Of a DNA stretch of 64,000 nt, positions 31,544 through 42,671 are shown in pieces. The position numbers were made by a program, and so were the translations under genes. Each line of letters opens with the position of its first letter. Position 1 is the first letter of the stretch. The notes under the pieces are model-generated. The model did no database searches. It was not told the DNA's origin and was given only the letters and a program-made list of their open reading frames with translations. This stretch comes from a bacterium (GTDB lineage Bacteria > Margulisbacteria > Marinamargulisbacteria > GCA-2716485 > JAYNIM01): positions 459,365 through 523,364 of the forward strand of contig JAYNIM010000001.1 of assembly GCA_038109055.1 (NCBI GenBank), read 5' to 3'.

Positions 31544-32794
31544 ATGTCTCTTAAAGTTTCACGTGGTACTCAAGATTTCCTCCCTAGGTCCTGCAAAAAG
31601 TTAGACTTCATACTTAGAAAGGCAAGAGCCGTTTTTGAACACTATGCCTTTCAAGAAATTTCAACACCTATTTTTGAAAATACGGCTGTATTTATGCAAG
31701 GTATTGGTGAAGATACAGATATTATCCAAAAAGAAATGTATACCTTCCAAGACAAAGGACAGCGTTCGCTTACCTTGAGACCTGAAGGTACGGCAGCTGT
31801 TGTCCGAGCCTGCATTGAACATCGTTTATTGACTTCTTCCCAAAAATTGTTTTATGTAGGTCCTTTTTTTCGTTATGAACGCCCACAAGCAGGTCGTTAT
31901 CGGCAGTTTCATCAGATTGGTGCTGAATATCTGGGAGAGTCAAGTCCCTATGCAGATGCTGAACTTATTATTTTGGCTTATCGTTTATTTTCTTCCTTAG
32001 GTTTAAAAGATCTTCATATTTCGATTAACACCATTGGTGACTCTTCCTCTCGTCCCGCAATCTGTGCCCTTATCCGCGATTTTTTTACCCCCTATCATTC
32101 TCAGCTTTCAGCACATGTACAGCAATTGTTACGTCAAAATCCTTTACGAATTCTGGATAGTAAAGATCCTTTTATACAAACATGTTTAGAGCGTTTTTCA
32201 GGATTTCAATCTTGTTTAAATAAAGAAAGTCTCACACATTATCAATGCGTTTTATCGTTACTAGATTTAGAAAAAATTCCATATAAAGAGACCCCTTTCT
32301 TGGTTCGTGGGCTTGATTATTATACGCATACAACCTTTGAAATTTGTTCAGAACAGTTGGGTGCTCAGTCTGCTATTTGTGGAGGTGGTCGCTATGATCA
32401 TCTTGTTGAAAAACTGAAGGGTCCTGCAACCCCGGCGGTTGGCTTTGCTTTTGGTCTTGAACGTTTATTAACTATCCTTGATCAGGAAAATTCCTTCAAA
32501 ATAGATACAAAACCTTTGGTCGTCTTTATTCCCTTGGGTATAGAGGCAGAACAGTCTTGTTTTTCATATATGGAGCAGTGCCGAAAAGCAGGTATAGCTT
32601 GTCATCGCTTTTTAGGGCTTACAAAACTCTCTCAACACTTGAAACACGCACATAATCTTAACGCGACGGCATGTGTTATTATTGGAGAGAATGAATTACA
32701 AACTCAACAGTTTTTATTTAAACATATGGATAGTGGTGAGCAGTCTCATATCCCCATCGATCAACTTATTTCTACGATGGAGGCAATGAAGTGA
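31544..32794 (+). CDS. hisS: Histidine--tRNA ligase
   Basis: RGTQD, LRPEGTA, FRYERPQAGRYRQF, LVRGLDYY, GGGRYD. Confidence 0.97.
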   Translation: MSLKVSRGTQDFLPRSCKKLDFILRKARAVFEHYAFQEISTPIFENTAVFMQGIGEDTDIIQKEMYTFQDKGQRSLTLRPEGTAAVVRACIEHRLLTSSQKLFYVGPFFRYERPQAGRYRQFHQIGAEYLGESSPYADAELIILAYRLFSSLGLKDLHISINTIGDSSSRPAICALIRDFFTPYHSQLSAHVQQLLRQNPLRILDSKDPFIQTCLERFSGFQSCLNKESLTHYQCVLSLLDLEKIPYKETPFLVRGLDYYTHTTFEICSEQLGAQSAICGGGRYDHLVEKLKGPATPAVGFAFGLERLLTILDQENSFKIDTKPLVVFIPLGIEAEQSCFSYMEQCRKAGIACHRFLGLTKLSQHLKHAHNLNATACVIIGENELQTQQFLFKHMDSGEQSHIPIDQLISTMEAMK

Positions 32795-33516
32795 GTGATT
32801 TTCATATCATCCCTGCTATTGATTTGTATAACGGGCGTGTTGTTCGTTTAACTCAAGGCAATTACGATGAATGTGAAACCTTTGACTTAGACCCAGTTGT
32901 TCTAGCTAAACGTTTTGAAAAAGCAGGCGCGAAACGTATTCATATTGTTGATTTAAATGGTGCAAAAGAAGGCCACCTTGTTAATGCGTCTGTTATTACT
33001 CAGATCCGTCGCTCGGTTGACTGTGAAATTGAATTAGGTGGGGGTATTAGAAATCAAAAAAGTATCGACTTATTGTTTGATTTGGGTATCAACTATGTGA
33101 TATTAGGGTCTCTTTTAATAAAAGATATGGAAGAAAGTCAGCGTTTGATCTCTGATTATCCTGGGCGTATTATAGCAGGTTTAGATGCGAAAGATGATGT
33201 CATTGCAGTTGAAGGCTGGCGTGAGTCAAGTTCATCTACAGTTGATTCAGTGGTAAAACGTCTAAATAAACTCCCTCTTTCTGCCATTATCTATACTGAT
33301 ATTGCTAAGGATGGCATGCTTAGTGGTCCCAACTTCTCTGCTATAGAATCACTTTTACCCAAAAGCAACGCACCTATTATTGCCTCTGGTGGTGTTCATA
33401 CTTTAAAGGATATCGAGCAATTGGCTCACTATTATTCAAAAGGCCTTTTTGGATGTATTATTGGAAAAGCGATTCTCAAAAACACGCTATCATTAACGTC
33501 TATATTTTCATTATGA
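32791..33516 (+). CDS. hisA: ProFAR isomerase
   Basis: IPAIDL..GRVVRLTQG, HIVDLNGA, GGGIR, TDIAKDGMLSGPN, ASGG. Confidence 0.96.
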   Translation: MSDFHIIPAIDLYNGRVVRLTQGNYDECETFDLDPVVLAKRFEKAGAKRIHIVDLNGAKEGHLVNASVITQIRRSVDCEIELGGGIRNQKSIDLLFDLGINYVILGSLLIKDMEESQRLISDYPGRIIAGLDAKDDVIAVEGWRESSSSTVDSVVKRLNKLPLSAIIYTDIAKDGMLSGPNFSAIESLLPKSNAPIIASGGVHTLKDIEQLAHYYSKGLFGCIIGKAILKNTLSLTSIFSL

Positions 33517-34187
33517 TAAAAAAAATATTCACAACCATTGAAACGAAAAATGAGAACCTTATATTAGAGTCTATTTTAGAACATTCACGTCTTGATGGTG
33601 AAGAACTCTGTCTCTTAAAAAAGATTATAGATTTGTCGTCTCATTACCCTCTAAATGAGCTTGAATCTCTCTACTCTAATATATGTAAAATAAACGCTGA
33701 CGCTAAAGATATATTTAAACATATATACAATAAAATAAAACAATACTCTGTTGATAATCGCAAAGGTGTTGAGATTTTACATCTTCATCTAAAAGTAGAA
33801 CAAACATCTGCGTATATTCTTAAAAGTGCTCAACATATTTTAATATATACACGGCTTGAGCAACAATACCCCAAGCAAATTTTTGATAGATTGACCACTT
33901 TATGCGAACTGATATCTACGATGCACCTTTATTTTAATCTTAGTTTAGAAAAATACAGTCAAAATAAATACTGCACTTCTGAATATATTTCTAAAATAAT
34001 AGATGTCGAAATATTAGTTCGTAATCACCATTTGGAAAGTTTACAGTTTGTGCTCGAACATGCGAATAAAAATACGCTTCCTCTAGGTAGTATAAGATGT
34101 CTTGAAAATCTTCTTAGCGGGCTTGAAGATATAGCTTCTGTCATTTTTGAATCGACGGTAGCACTTGAATGCTTATTACTAAACTAA
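33513..34187 (+). CDS. Hypothetical all-helical protein, weakly DUF47/PhoU-like
   Basis: ATGA overlap with hisA; helical two-repeat pattern; family call is tentative. Confidence 0.45.
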   Translation: MIKKIFTTIETKNENLILESILEHSRLDGEELCLLKKIIDLSSHYPLNELESLYSNICKINADAKDIFKHIYNKIKQYSVDNRKGVEILHLHLKVEQTSAYILKSAQHILIYTRLEQQYPKQIFDRLTTLCELISTMHLYFNLSLEKYSQNKYCTSEYISKIIDVEILVRNHHLESLQFVLEHANKNTLPLGSIRCLENLLSGLEDIASVIFESTVALECLLLN

Positions 34188-34687
34188 GATTGTCTAGGCA
34201 CTACTTTTTTATCTTCAGTTTCGTTTGGATTAAAGTTAAATTTTATTTTGTTCCTTTTTTATTGATATTTGTTGCCCTGAATCAACTTTATCTTTCTACG
34301 TTTAAGCACTTAACTGTGTGGAAAGGTGCTGGTTTTGGCATGTTTTCTGATTTATCCCATAGATTTAATAAAACCTATGCTTTTACAGACTTTCAAAAAG
34401 TTCCTATTAAAATTCCCAAAAAATATCACGATGATATTCGTGTTTTAAAAAAAATGCCTAGTTCATATGTAACAAACTATCTAAGAAAGAATTTTAAAGA
34501 GTATTCCTGGATGTTAGCACCAAAGCGCGATAGAAATAATCATTTAACACTTTGGGCGGTATCTTCTCCACAGTTATTGACATCAGTATCCACAATTTCT
34601 GTTACTGGCTTCGAATTCGAACTTTGGTCTATTCGTTTTGATTCGGCTAATTGTAGAGTAATACCTTTTCTACTTCATAAAGGTTAA
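34169..34687 (+). CDS. Hypothetical membrane-anchored protein (WKGAGFGMFS motif)
   Basis: 172-aa ORF with N-terminal hydrophobic stretch; fills the gap to the convergent nqrF. Confidence 0.6.
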   Translation: MLITKLRLSRHYFFIFSFVWIKVKFYFVPFLLIFVALNQLYLSTFKHLTVWKGAGFGMFSDLSHRFNKTYAFTDFQKVPIKIPKKYHDDIRVLKKMPSSYVTNYLRKNFKEYSWMLAPKRDRNNHLTLWAVSSPQLLTSVSTISVTGFEFELWSIRFDSANCRVIPFLLHKG

Positions 34688-34709
34688 ATTTAAATCTACC
34701 TTTTTATTT

Positions 34710-35933
34710 TTATCCACCGAAATCATCGAAGGCTATCATTTCTTGCTCTACACCCAATTCATCAAGCATTTTAAACACTGCATCATTCATCATTGGCGGG
34801 CCACAAAGGTAGTATTCAATATCTCCTGGATCATCATGTTTTTTTAAATAATTTTCTAGCAATACATTATGAATAAATCCAGTATACCCAGTCCAATTAT
34901 CTTCTTTTTGTGGATCTGATAATGCTACATAATAATTAAAGTTTTTATTCGTTTTTTCTAATTCCTTAAACTCATCATCGTAAAACATTTCTCTTGCAGA
35001 TCTTGCACCATACCAAAAGGTCATTTTTCTATCTGTTTTAATACGCTTTAATTGATCAAAAATATGACTTCTCATTGGTGCCATACCTGCACCACCCCCA
35101 ATAAAACACATTTCACGTTTTGTTTCTTTAGCGAAAAACTCTCCATAAGGTCCAGAAAGGGTTACCTTATCACCTGGTTTGAGATTAAAAATATAAGAAG
35201 ATCCGATTCCAGCTGGAATACCGTCTGAACCAGGTGGAGGTGAGGCAATTCTTACGTTTAAATAGACGACCCCTTTTTCCTCTGGATAGTTAGCCATGGA
35301 GTAGGCTCTAAACACCTCCTCTTCATTGGAGGCCTCTATATCAAATAATTTAAAGTTCTCCCAATCTTTCCTATATTCCTTTTCTACATCAAATTCACTG
35401 TAGGAGAGTTTATATGGAGGTATATAAATTTGTATATATCCACCGGCTCTAAAATCTAAATCTAAATTATCGGGCATTTTAACTCTTAGTTCTTTTATAA
35501 AAGTGGCTACATTTTCATTAGAGATAACCTCACACTCAAATTTTTTAATACTAAATATTTCATCTGGAATTTTTATTTTTAGATTGTTTTTTATTTTAAT
35601 TTGACAACCCAAACGTACATTCTCTTTTCTTTCTTTAAGTGAAAGATGAGGTATCTCTGTTGGTAATACCTCTCCCCCACCTTCTATTACTTGAAGTTTA
35701 CACATGGCGCAACTGCCACCGCCACCGCAAGCAGATGGTAAAAATATCCCTTCATCAGATAATGCTGTTAGTAAATTTGTACCTGACGGAACAGTAGGAC
35801 TTTTTTCTTTGTCATTATTTATTAAAACTTCACAATCACTGGTCTCTACAACATATTTTTCAACCACATATAATATTGTTACCAAAATCATAATGATCGA
35901 TGTAAAAATAAGAATTGCACCTAAATATATCAT
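34710..35933 (-). CDS. nqrF: Na+-NQR subunit F
   Basis: [12 protein letters not shown] 2Fe-2S, RAYSMAN FAD motif, [19 protein letters not shown]-terminal DDFGG. Confidence 0.97.
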   Translation of the reverse strand: MIYLGAILIFTSIIMILVTILYVVEKYVVETSDCEVLINNDKEKSPTVPSGTNLLTALSDEGIFLPSACGGGGSCAMCKLQVIEGGGEVLPTEIPHLSLKERKENVRLGCQIKIKNNLKIKIPDEIFSIKKFECEVISNENVATFIKELRVKMPDNLDLDFRAGGYIQIYIPPYKLSYSEFDVEKEYRKDWENFKLFDIEASNEEEVFRAYSMANYPEEKGVVYLNVRIASPPPGSDGIPAGIGSSYIFNLKPGDKVTLSGPYGEFFAKETKREMCFIGGGAGMAPMRSHIFDQLKRIKTDRKMTFWYGARSAREMFYDDEFKELEKTNKNFNYYVALSDPQKEDNWTGYTGFIHNVLLENYLKKHDDPGDIEYYLCGPPMMNDAVFKMLDELGVEQEMIAFDDFGG

Positions 35934-35940
35934 AAAAACC

Positions 35941-36552
35941 TCATGTTAATTTTATTCCTGCAAATGCCATAAACGCCATGGCAATTAAGCCTGTTGTGAT
36001 CATATTTATTGCAAACCCAGATAAACCTTTTGGTAATTGTGCATATTTTAATTTCTGTAATACGGCAGCCATGGCCATAATGGCTAAGTACCATCCTATC
36101 CCTGAACTAATCCCAAACACAGTTGCTTCAGCAAAATTATATTTTCGAGCCTCCATAAAAAGAGATGTCCCTAAAATTGCACAATTTACTGTAATTAAGG
36201 GAAGAAAAATACCTAATGCAGCATATAGTGCCGGTAAATAACGATCTAATACCATTTCAACCATTTGTACCATTGCCGCAATCGTTGCAATGAAGGTAAT
36301 GAAAACCAAATAACTTAGATCTACATCTGGTAATCCCGCCCAAGAAAGTGCCCCTGGTTTTAGAAGATATTCATTAATCACCCAATTCATTGGTGTTGTA
36401 ATTGTTAAGACAAAAATGACTGCAATACCTACGCTGGAGGCTGTTTTAATGTTTTTGGCGAGGGCTAAATACGTACACATGCCCAAGAAAAGAGATAATA
36501 ATATATTGTTAATAAAGATAGATTCCAGTGCTAAACTAATGAGTTCTTTCAT
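35941..36552 (-). CDS. nqrE: Na+-NQR subunit E
   Basis: [24 protein letters not shown]; position between nqrD and nqrF. Confidence 0.95.
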   Translation of the reverse strand: MKELISLALESIFINNILLSLFLGMCTYLALAKNIKTASSVGIAVIFVLTITTPMNWVINEYLLKPGALSWAGLPDVDLSYLVFITFIATIAAMVQMVEMVLDRYLPALYAALGIFLPLITVNCAILGTSLFMEARKYNFAEATVFGISSGIGWYLAIMAMAAVLQKLKYAQLPKGLSGFAINMITTGLIAMAFMAFAGIKLT

Positions 36553-36555
36553 GTC

Positions 36556-37206
36556 TTATTGTTCCTTATTTGTTAATATATTTTGTAACCAAACTAACAG
36601 GCCTATGACAATAAATACTCCTGGGGCTACTAACATTAATCCCATATTTTCATATCCAGCATCATAAAATGATTGAGGAATAACGGCTAATCCAGCTAAA
36701 GTCCCCGAGCCTAAAACTTCTCTAAATAAAGATACAACGATTAATATATAACCATAACCTATTCCATTTCCAAGCCCATCTAAAAAAGATAACCACGGTG
36801 TATTTCCGCTTGCAAATGCTTCAGCACGCCCTAGAATAATACAGTTTGTAATAATCAATCCAACAAAAACTGAAAGTTGTTTACTCAGATCATACATAAA
36901 GGCTTTTAAAAACTGATCTGCAACAATGACCAATGATGAAATAACAACCATCATCACAATGATACGAATATTTCTTGGTATATAATCTCGTAACAAAGAG
37001 ATAGCTACATTTGAAAAAGCTAATACAAAGGTCATGGCTAAAAACATAACTGTTGCAGGTATCACCTGCGTTGTAACTGCTAAGGATGAACAAATGCCTA
37101 ATATTGCAACTGAAATTGGATTGGCCTTAATAATAGGCTCTGTAAACGTTTTGTACGATGGGGATTTAATAATTGATTTTATGAATGGGTTTTTAACTAA
37201 GGACAT
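36556..37206 (-). CDS. nqrD: Na+-NQR subunit D
   Basis: LGICSSLAVT, SKQLSVFVGLIITNCIILGRAEAFA. Confidence 0.95.
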   Translation of the reverse strand: MSLVKNPFIKSIIKSPSYKTFTEPIIKANPISVAILGICSSLAVTTQVIPATVMFLAMTFVLAFSNVAISLLRDYIPRNIRIIVMMVVISSLVIVADQFLKAFMYDLSKQLSVFVGLIITNCIILGRAEAFASGNTPWLSFLDGLGNGIGYGYILIVVSLFREVLGSGTLAGLAVIPQSFYDAGYENMGLMLVAPGVFIVIGLLVWLQNILTNKEQ

Positions 37207-37209
37207 CGC

Positions 37210-37899
37210 TTATCTCTCTCTTAATTTTTTTGATAATATATCATATTTTTTCAATTCCGCTTTCAAATCTCTTTCCAAGCCTTTACTGGTAATAGTAGCG
37301 CCACTCATTCCGTCAATAGAATACGATAACTCAGACTTTTTATATGTATCCTTTGCTTTCCCTTTTGCAATTTGAATAGAGGTAAACTGATTTTCTTTAT
37401 TGACTATTTGTTTACGTTGGAATTGTTTCTGAAACCATTCTTTTTCTACTTCACCGCCTAATCCTGGTGTTTCGCCATGCTTAAATACGGTTAGTCCAAC
37501 AACTGTTTTTCCATCGCCTTCCAAGGCAATAATGCCATGAATCCAGCTCCATAATCCATAGGCCTTAAACGGTATAGCATATTTTTCAATACGATTATTT
37601 ATCTCAATAATAAAGAGAGGTAATGCCCCTTCAAACACTGTTGATTTCACCTCTCCAGTTTTCATGTCCAAATAGGTATTTTTAACGTTTTTACTGTAAA
37701 GTTGAACAACAGCTTCATTTTTAAGTTTTTGTCCCCCTTTGATTAAACCCAATGCTTTTAAAATATTTTTTTGCTTATCAATTTTGATATTTAATTCTTG
37801 TCGTTCTTTCAACCCGTTTGCTGCCAATGAAAGCAATACACTTACGATCACGCACATTATTAAGGCAAATAAAAATGAATTTATTTTTTTAGATGACAT
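37210..37899 (-). CDS. nqrC: Na+-NQR subunit C
   Basis: GLWS, HGETPGLGGE, FMN site DGMSGATITSKG. Confidence 0.95.
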   Translation of the reverse strand: MSSKKINSFLFALIMCVIVSVLLSLAANGLKERQELNIKIDKQKNILKALGLIKGGQKLKNEAVVQLYSKNVKNTYLDMKTGEVKSTVFEGALPLFIIEINNRIEKYAIPFKAYGLWSWIHGIIALEGDGKTVVGLTVFKHGETPGLGGEVEKEWFQKQFQRKQIVNKENQFTSIQIAKGKAKDTYKKSELSYSIDGMSGATITSKGLERDLKAELKKYDILSKKLRER

Positions 37900-39073
37900 T
37901 TGGGATACGCTTTTTTAATTTCCGTTGCAATATGATGTGATCTATTAATGGGGCAAATACATTCATCAGTAAGATAGCTAGCATCCATCCTTCCGGATAT
38001 GCTGGATTAACCACACGAATGATCATCCCCATGCTACCAATTAAAAGGCCATAAACCCACTTTGATTCTTCCAGATCTGGGGCAGAAACTGGGTCTGTTG
38101 CCATAAATACTGTTGCAAATGCAAAACTCCCCATATATATTTGCCAAAAAGGTCCTATATGATAAAAAGGAAGACTGTCTGGACCAGAACAAAGATTAAA
38201 TAACAAGACTGTTCCAATTGCACCTATTAAAGAGCCTAACATAATTCGCCAGGACCCAATTTTTGTTAGCAATAAAAGACCTGCTCCAAGTAATACACAA
38301 AAAACAGAGGTTTCTCCAATGCTTCCTGGAATAAGTCCAAAAAACAATTTATATAAAGTAAAGCCGGCCTCTTTTAATGTATTCATAACATTTGAGCCTA
38401 TGGATGTTTGTGCTGCAACTGCCAGAGCTGTTGCTCCACTATATCCGTCAATTAGTTTTTCTTTTGCTACTGGTAAGGCTGTCCATACCTCTCCACTAAT
38501 TTGCACTGGATAGGTAAAAAATACAAAGGCACGTGCCGTCAGTGCTGGATTTAAAAAATTGCGGCCTGTCCCACCAAACACTTCTTTACCTATTACCACA
38601 CCAAATGTAATACCTAAGGCAACCTGCCAGAGAGGCAAATTAGGTGGACATGTTAATGGAAATAATAAGCCAGTCACTAAAAAGCCTTCATTAATTTCAT
38701 GTTTTCTCACTACGGCAAATAACGTTTCCCATAAACCACCTATTGTGTAAGAAACTAATATAATAGGGACAACATATCGTGCACCTGTCAAAAATACAGA
38801 TATAAAATCAAGGTTCCATCCAGCTGCTAAATGAGCCTGATATCCTGCGTTATATATTCCAAAAAGTGTACAAGGGATTAAGGCCAAAACAACGATAATC
38901 ATGTAGCGTTTTGTATCAATAGCATCTCGGATGTGGGTCTGATTCTTTGTGACTAATTTTGTGCTGACAAGAAATGATTCCAGTGCTTCAAATAAGGGAT
39001 AAAATCGCTCTAATTTTGACCCCTTTGCAAATAATGCTTCTTGCTTTTTTAACAGTGATATTACTAACTTCAT
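37889..39073 (-). CDS. nqrB: Na+-NQR subunit B
   Basis: HIRDAIDTKR, KEVFGGTGRNFLNPAL, FMN site DGYSGAT, MATDPVS, NPAYPEG. Confidence 0.96.
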   Translation of the reverse strand: MKLVISLLKKQEALFAKGSKLERFYPLFEALESFLVSTKLVTKNQTHIRDAIDTKRYMIIVVLALIPCTLFGIYNAGYQAHLAAGWNLDFISVFLTGARYVVPIILVSYTIGGLWETLFAVVRKHEINEGFLVTGLLFPLTCPPNLPLWQVALGITFGVVIGKEVFGGTGRNFLNPALTARAFVFFTYPVQISGEVWTALPVAKEKLIDGYSGATALAVAAQTSIGSNVMNTLKEAGFTLYKLFFGLIPGSIGETSVFCVLLGAGLLLLTKIGSWRIMLGSLIGAIGTVLLFNLCSGPDSLPFYHIGPFWQIYMGSFAFATVFMATDPVSAPDLEESKWVYGLLIGSMGMIIRVVNPAYPEGWMLAILLMNVFAPLIDHIILQRKLKKRIPNVI

Positions 39074-40419
39074 GAAAGCGCCTCTCGTGCTAACTTTTGT
39101 TTAGCTTCTGAAATAATATGATCAATATCTATTTTTGACGGACATACATAGGTGCATAGGCCTGCATCTACGTAATCCAATAACCCAAGTGCGATACTTT
39201 CTTCAATATCTCCTGCCTTAATACTTTTCATCAATAATTGAGGATAAATACCTGTAGGGCATACAGTTGCACAATACCCGCATGCAATACATGAACGATC
39301 GCCTCCATTTAAACTGCTTGTTATATTTTGAGGTGTATTAGGTATTAATGCAGATAAGTAAGCATTAGATATTGTTGCCTTGTTCAAACCACCTCTCATC
39401 CAGGTTAATAATTCTGGATCAGAGCCTTCTTGTATGATATTTAATGAAAACTCATTGTAGCCCAAAAATCCTTTTTGACCGGCATTCCTTCCTGTTAATA
39501 ACCCTCCTGCTACATAACGCATATTATCTATTTTCTTTCTATCTTCATCTATTTGACTTAAAGCTATACCTTCTCTTGTTTTTATATGGCAAGGAGATGT
39601 TGCTAATGGACCGCCTATTGTGATGATCCTTTCTATTGGATATTTACCTGTTTTACATAAAGCGCCTAAGCGGGCAACATTTAATCCTGTAATTCCCCAT
39701 GATTTATTATCTTTACTACTTGTTTTGTTGTAATACAGAAAAATACCTGGATTATTGCTGGGATAGTCCCCACATAACTCGTGCGTTAAGTAACCTGACA
39801 ATCTCTTTTCTATTTCTTTATTTCCTTCTTTATAGCCAACAAATACGTTATTATTGGCTATTTTTTTTAATAGTTCTAAGCCTAATTTTAGTTCCTCTTC
39901 ATAGGCTTTGACGTACACTTCAGACTGAGGCATAAATGCCTCATCATTATCTATTGTGACATAAATTGCAGGGGGGACATCCTCTGGTTTTGGTATATTT
40001 TTAAATGGATAGGCCTGTAACAATGGCCATAGGCCTGCGGACAATAGATACTCTACTAGTTTATTTCGATCTTCTTTTTGAATCTCTTTTGAAGAATAGG
40101 TATTAAAACTTTCTTCTTTCTCAACCTTATCTTTAGTGATAATGACGGCATCTAGTGCACGGCGCTTTCCATATATAATTTCTTTAATCTTTCCAGAAAC
40201 AGGTGAACAAAACTGAATACGAGGATCTTGTTTATCAAAAAAAATGGGTGTCCCAATTTTAACAGAATCGCCCTCTTTAACATGCAATTTTGGTTTAATT
40301 AAACTTATACTACTGGGCATCACAGCAAACTCAAGGCCATCTTTAACCTCTTTTAAATTCAAAGAAGGCTTACCCTTTATTTTCACATTGTACGTGTTTT
40401 TTACAATTATTTTTTTCAT
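39070..40419 (-). CDS. nqrA: Na+-NQR subunit A
   Basis: KPKLHVKEGDSVKIGTPIF.DK, SPVSG, first gene of nqr operon; C-terminal LCTYVCPSK. Confidence 0.9.
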   Translation of the reverse strand: MKKIIVKNTYNVKIKGKPSLNLKEVKDGLEFAVMPSSISLIKPKLHVKEGDSVKIGTPIFFDKQDPRIQFCSPVSGKIKEIIYGKRRALDAVIITKDKVEKEESFNTYSSKEIQKEDRNKLVEYLLSAGLWPLLQAYPFKNIPKPEDVPPAIYVTIDNDEAFMPQSEVYVKAYEEELKLGLELLKKIANNNVFVGYKEGNKEIEKRLSGYLTHELCGDYPSNNPGIFLYYNKTSSKDNKSWGITGLNVARLGALCKTGKYPIERIITIGGPLATSPCHIKTREGIALSQIDEDRKKIDNMRYVAGGLLTGRNAGQKGFLGYNEFSLNIIQEGSDPELLTWMRGGLNKATISNAYLSALIPNTPQNITSSLNGGDRSCIACGYCATVCPTGIYPQLLMKSIKAGDIEESIALGLLDYVDAGLCTYVCPSKIDIDHIISEAKQKLAREALS

Positions 40420-40460
40420 TGCTTTGTTACTTGTATAGGAGTTTACTTAAAAAGTTTTTT

Positions 40461-41495
40461 TTATTCAAGCAAAGTTTCTCCTAATTGTCCGCAAGCTGCT
40501 GCAATATCCTGACCTTTTTTGTACCTAATTGTCACATCTACCCCTGATTCTTCTACTTGCTTCTGTAGCTGTCTTAATTTTTTTATTGATAGTTCTTTGA
40601 AGGGGATTTTAGGATGTGGGTTTAAATTAATTAAATTGACTTTTGCATTTAGATACTTTGCTAAATTGATCAAAAGCTTTATATCTAAAGGCGTATCATT
40701 GACATTTTCTAGTAGTGTATATTCTAAGGTTAATTTTCTATTATGCTGTTGTTGATATTGCCATAGAACCCGTGAAAACTCCAAAATTGGAAATCGTTTT
40801 TCTATTGGCATGAGTCTTAGCCTTTTCTTGGGGTCTACGGAGCCCACTGAAAATGCAATATTCAACACTTCATTCTCTTTCATTAAGCGCTTAATTCCTG
40901 GCTGATATCCTGCAGTAGACACCGTTATTTTTCGTTTACTAATATTCAGTCCCCATTCCGCACTTATAGCATGGATTGCCGGAAGTACTTGATCATAATT
41001 TAATAAAGGCTCTCCCATCCCCATAAATACAATATTGGTAATAGGATACCCGATATTATTTGCCACAAGGACTTGTGCAATAATCTCTTCTTTTGTTAGT
41101 TGTCTTTTAAACCCTACTATACCGGTCACACAAAACTTACAATCTAAAGGGCAACCGCATTGTGATGATACACATAATGTGTTGTAATTTTTTTCTTTGA
41201 GAACGACGGTTTCTAAACGTTGTCCATCTTGACACTTAAAGTATAATTTAATGGCATTCTCTTCTTTTGATTTTATTTTCTCGATTAAATGTAACGGCTC
41301 GAACTCTATATTTTCTTCTAATATCTGTCTATTTTCTTCAGAAATATTTGAAAAATCTTTGGTTTTATATTGATACTTTTTATATATCCAATCCATGAGT
41401 TGCTTGGCGACAAATTTTTTCATGTCTAATGCTGTGACTAGTTTTTCTAGCTCTTCTTTCGTTTTTCCTAAAATTGATATCTTTTTTGTCTTCAT
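40461..41495 (-). CDS. rlmN: Dual-specificity rRNA/tRNA methyltransferase (radical SAM)
   Basis: CVSSQCGCPLDCKFC, MGMGEP, DIAAACGQL. Confidence 0.95.
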   Translation of the reverse strand: MKTKKISILGKTKEELEKLVTALDMKKFVAKQLMDWIYKKYQYKTKDFSNISEENRQILEENIEFEPLHLIEKIKSKEENAIKLYFKCQDGQRLETVVLKEKNYNTLCVSSQCGCPLDCKFCVTGIVGFKRQLTKEEIIAQVLVANNIGYPITNIVFMGMGEPLLNYDQVLPAIHAISAEWGLNISKRKITVSTAGYQPGIKRLMKENEVLNIAFSVGSVDPKKRLRLMPIEKRFPILEFSRVLWQYQQQHNRKLTLEYTLLENVNDTPLDIKLLINLAKYLNAKVNLINLNPHPKIPFKELSIKKLRQLQKQVEESGVDVTIRYKKGQDIAAACGQLGETLLE

Positions 41496-41540
41496 TATTT
41501 ATGTTTCATCTATGCTTGTTTTTGGGTATATTAGGTAATA

Positions 41541-42560
41541 ATGGAACAAGAATTACGTCACTTAAAACAAGAATTGGCTCTTATTAGTGATGAGTCAAAA
41601 ACGTATTTCAAACTCATCTTGCAACAATTATCTCGAATTGCACACTTAAACCCTAACGATAAATATCTTAAGCTTTTATCTAGTAATCTACAAGAATATG
41701 CCGACTCTATCGATGTTTTTCAACCTTATCACAATTATCCAAAAGTATGTTTGTTTGGATCTGCACGAACGTCTGCCAACACTCTTCTTTATCAGTTATC
41801 TGAGTCTATTTCTAAGCAATTAAGTGATGCTGGCTTTATGATTATCACAGGTGCGGGTCCTGGTATTATGGAAGCTGGAAATAAAGGGGCTCAAGACCAG
41901 GGTTTTGGGCTTAATATTTTGCTTCCTTTTGAGCAAGAGTCTAATCCGTTTATTCGAGATAGTGATAAACTTGTCTCTTATAAATATTTCTTTCTTCGAA
42001 AACTTATGTTTGTTAAAGAATCTCAGGCGACTGTCTTGTTTCCGGGAGGCTTTGGCACTTTTGATGAGGCCTTTGAGCTTTTAACATTAATACAAACAGG
42101 CCGAACATCCCCACGCCCCATTGTTCTTTTTGATGAGCCTGGAAGTATCTACTGGAAAAGGTGGATTGAACTTTTTTATGAGCAACTTTTGGATACACAC
42201 TATATCTCAAAAGATGATCTCTTATTATTTCAGCATTTTCAATCTATTACTCCTGCTGTTAATTATATTCAGACATTTTATCGCGTTTATCATTCTATCC
42301 GTTACCTTGATGACTATAGTATTATTTATCTTAATTGCACACTATCTTTGGATTTTGTTGCATCATTGAATGAACAGTTTTCGCATATTCTTACCGAAGG
42401 TCACTTTAGCTATCATAAAGCTGATCACAACCCATGTCCCCTTGATTCTACGTCTCCTACTCCTTGCTTAACCTTTTCTTTTGATAAAAAACAATTTAGC
42501 ACACTGGTCTTGTTGATTGATGCGTTAAATAAATTTGACTCGTCTCCCAGAAATTCTTGA
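41541..42560 (+). CDS. LOG family nucleotide phosphoribohydrolase (long form)
   Basis: FGSART, TGAGPGIMEAGN, FFLRKLMF, PGGFGTFDE. Confidence 0.9.
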   Translation: MEQELRHLKQELALISDESKTYFKLILQQLSRIAHLNPNDKYLKLLSSNLQEYADSIDVFQPYHNYPKVCLFGSARTSANTLLYQLSESISKQLSDAGFMIITGAGPGIMEAGNKGAQDQGFGLNILLPFEQESNPFIRDSDKLVSYKYFFLRKLMFVKESQATVLFPGGFGTFDEAFELLTLIQTGRTSPRPIVLFDEPGSIYWKRWIELFYEQLLDTHYISKDDLLLFQHFQSITPAVNYIQTFYRVYHSIRYLDDYSIIYLNCTLSLDFVASLNEQFSHILTEGHFSYHKADHNPCPLDSTSPTPCLTFSFDKKQFSTLVLLIDALNKFDSSPRNS

Positions 42561-42671
42561 GTATCTCTTTCTCTACCTTTTTCATTGATCTTTGTCTCTT
42601 ATTTTTAATTTGACGCTTGTTTTATTTAGTGGTAAATATTTATTTGATGATGTTCACTGTTAAATATAGCT

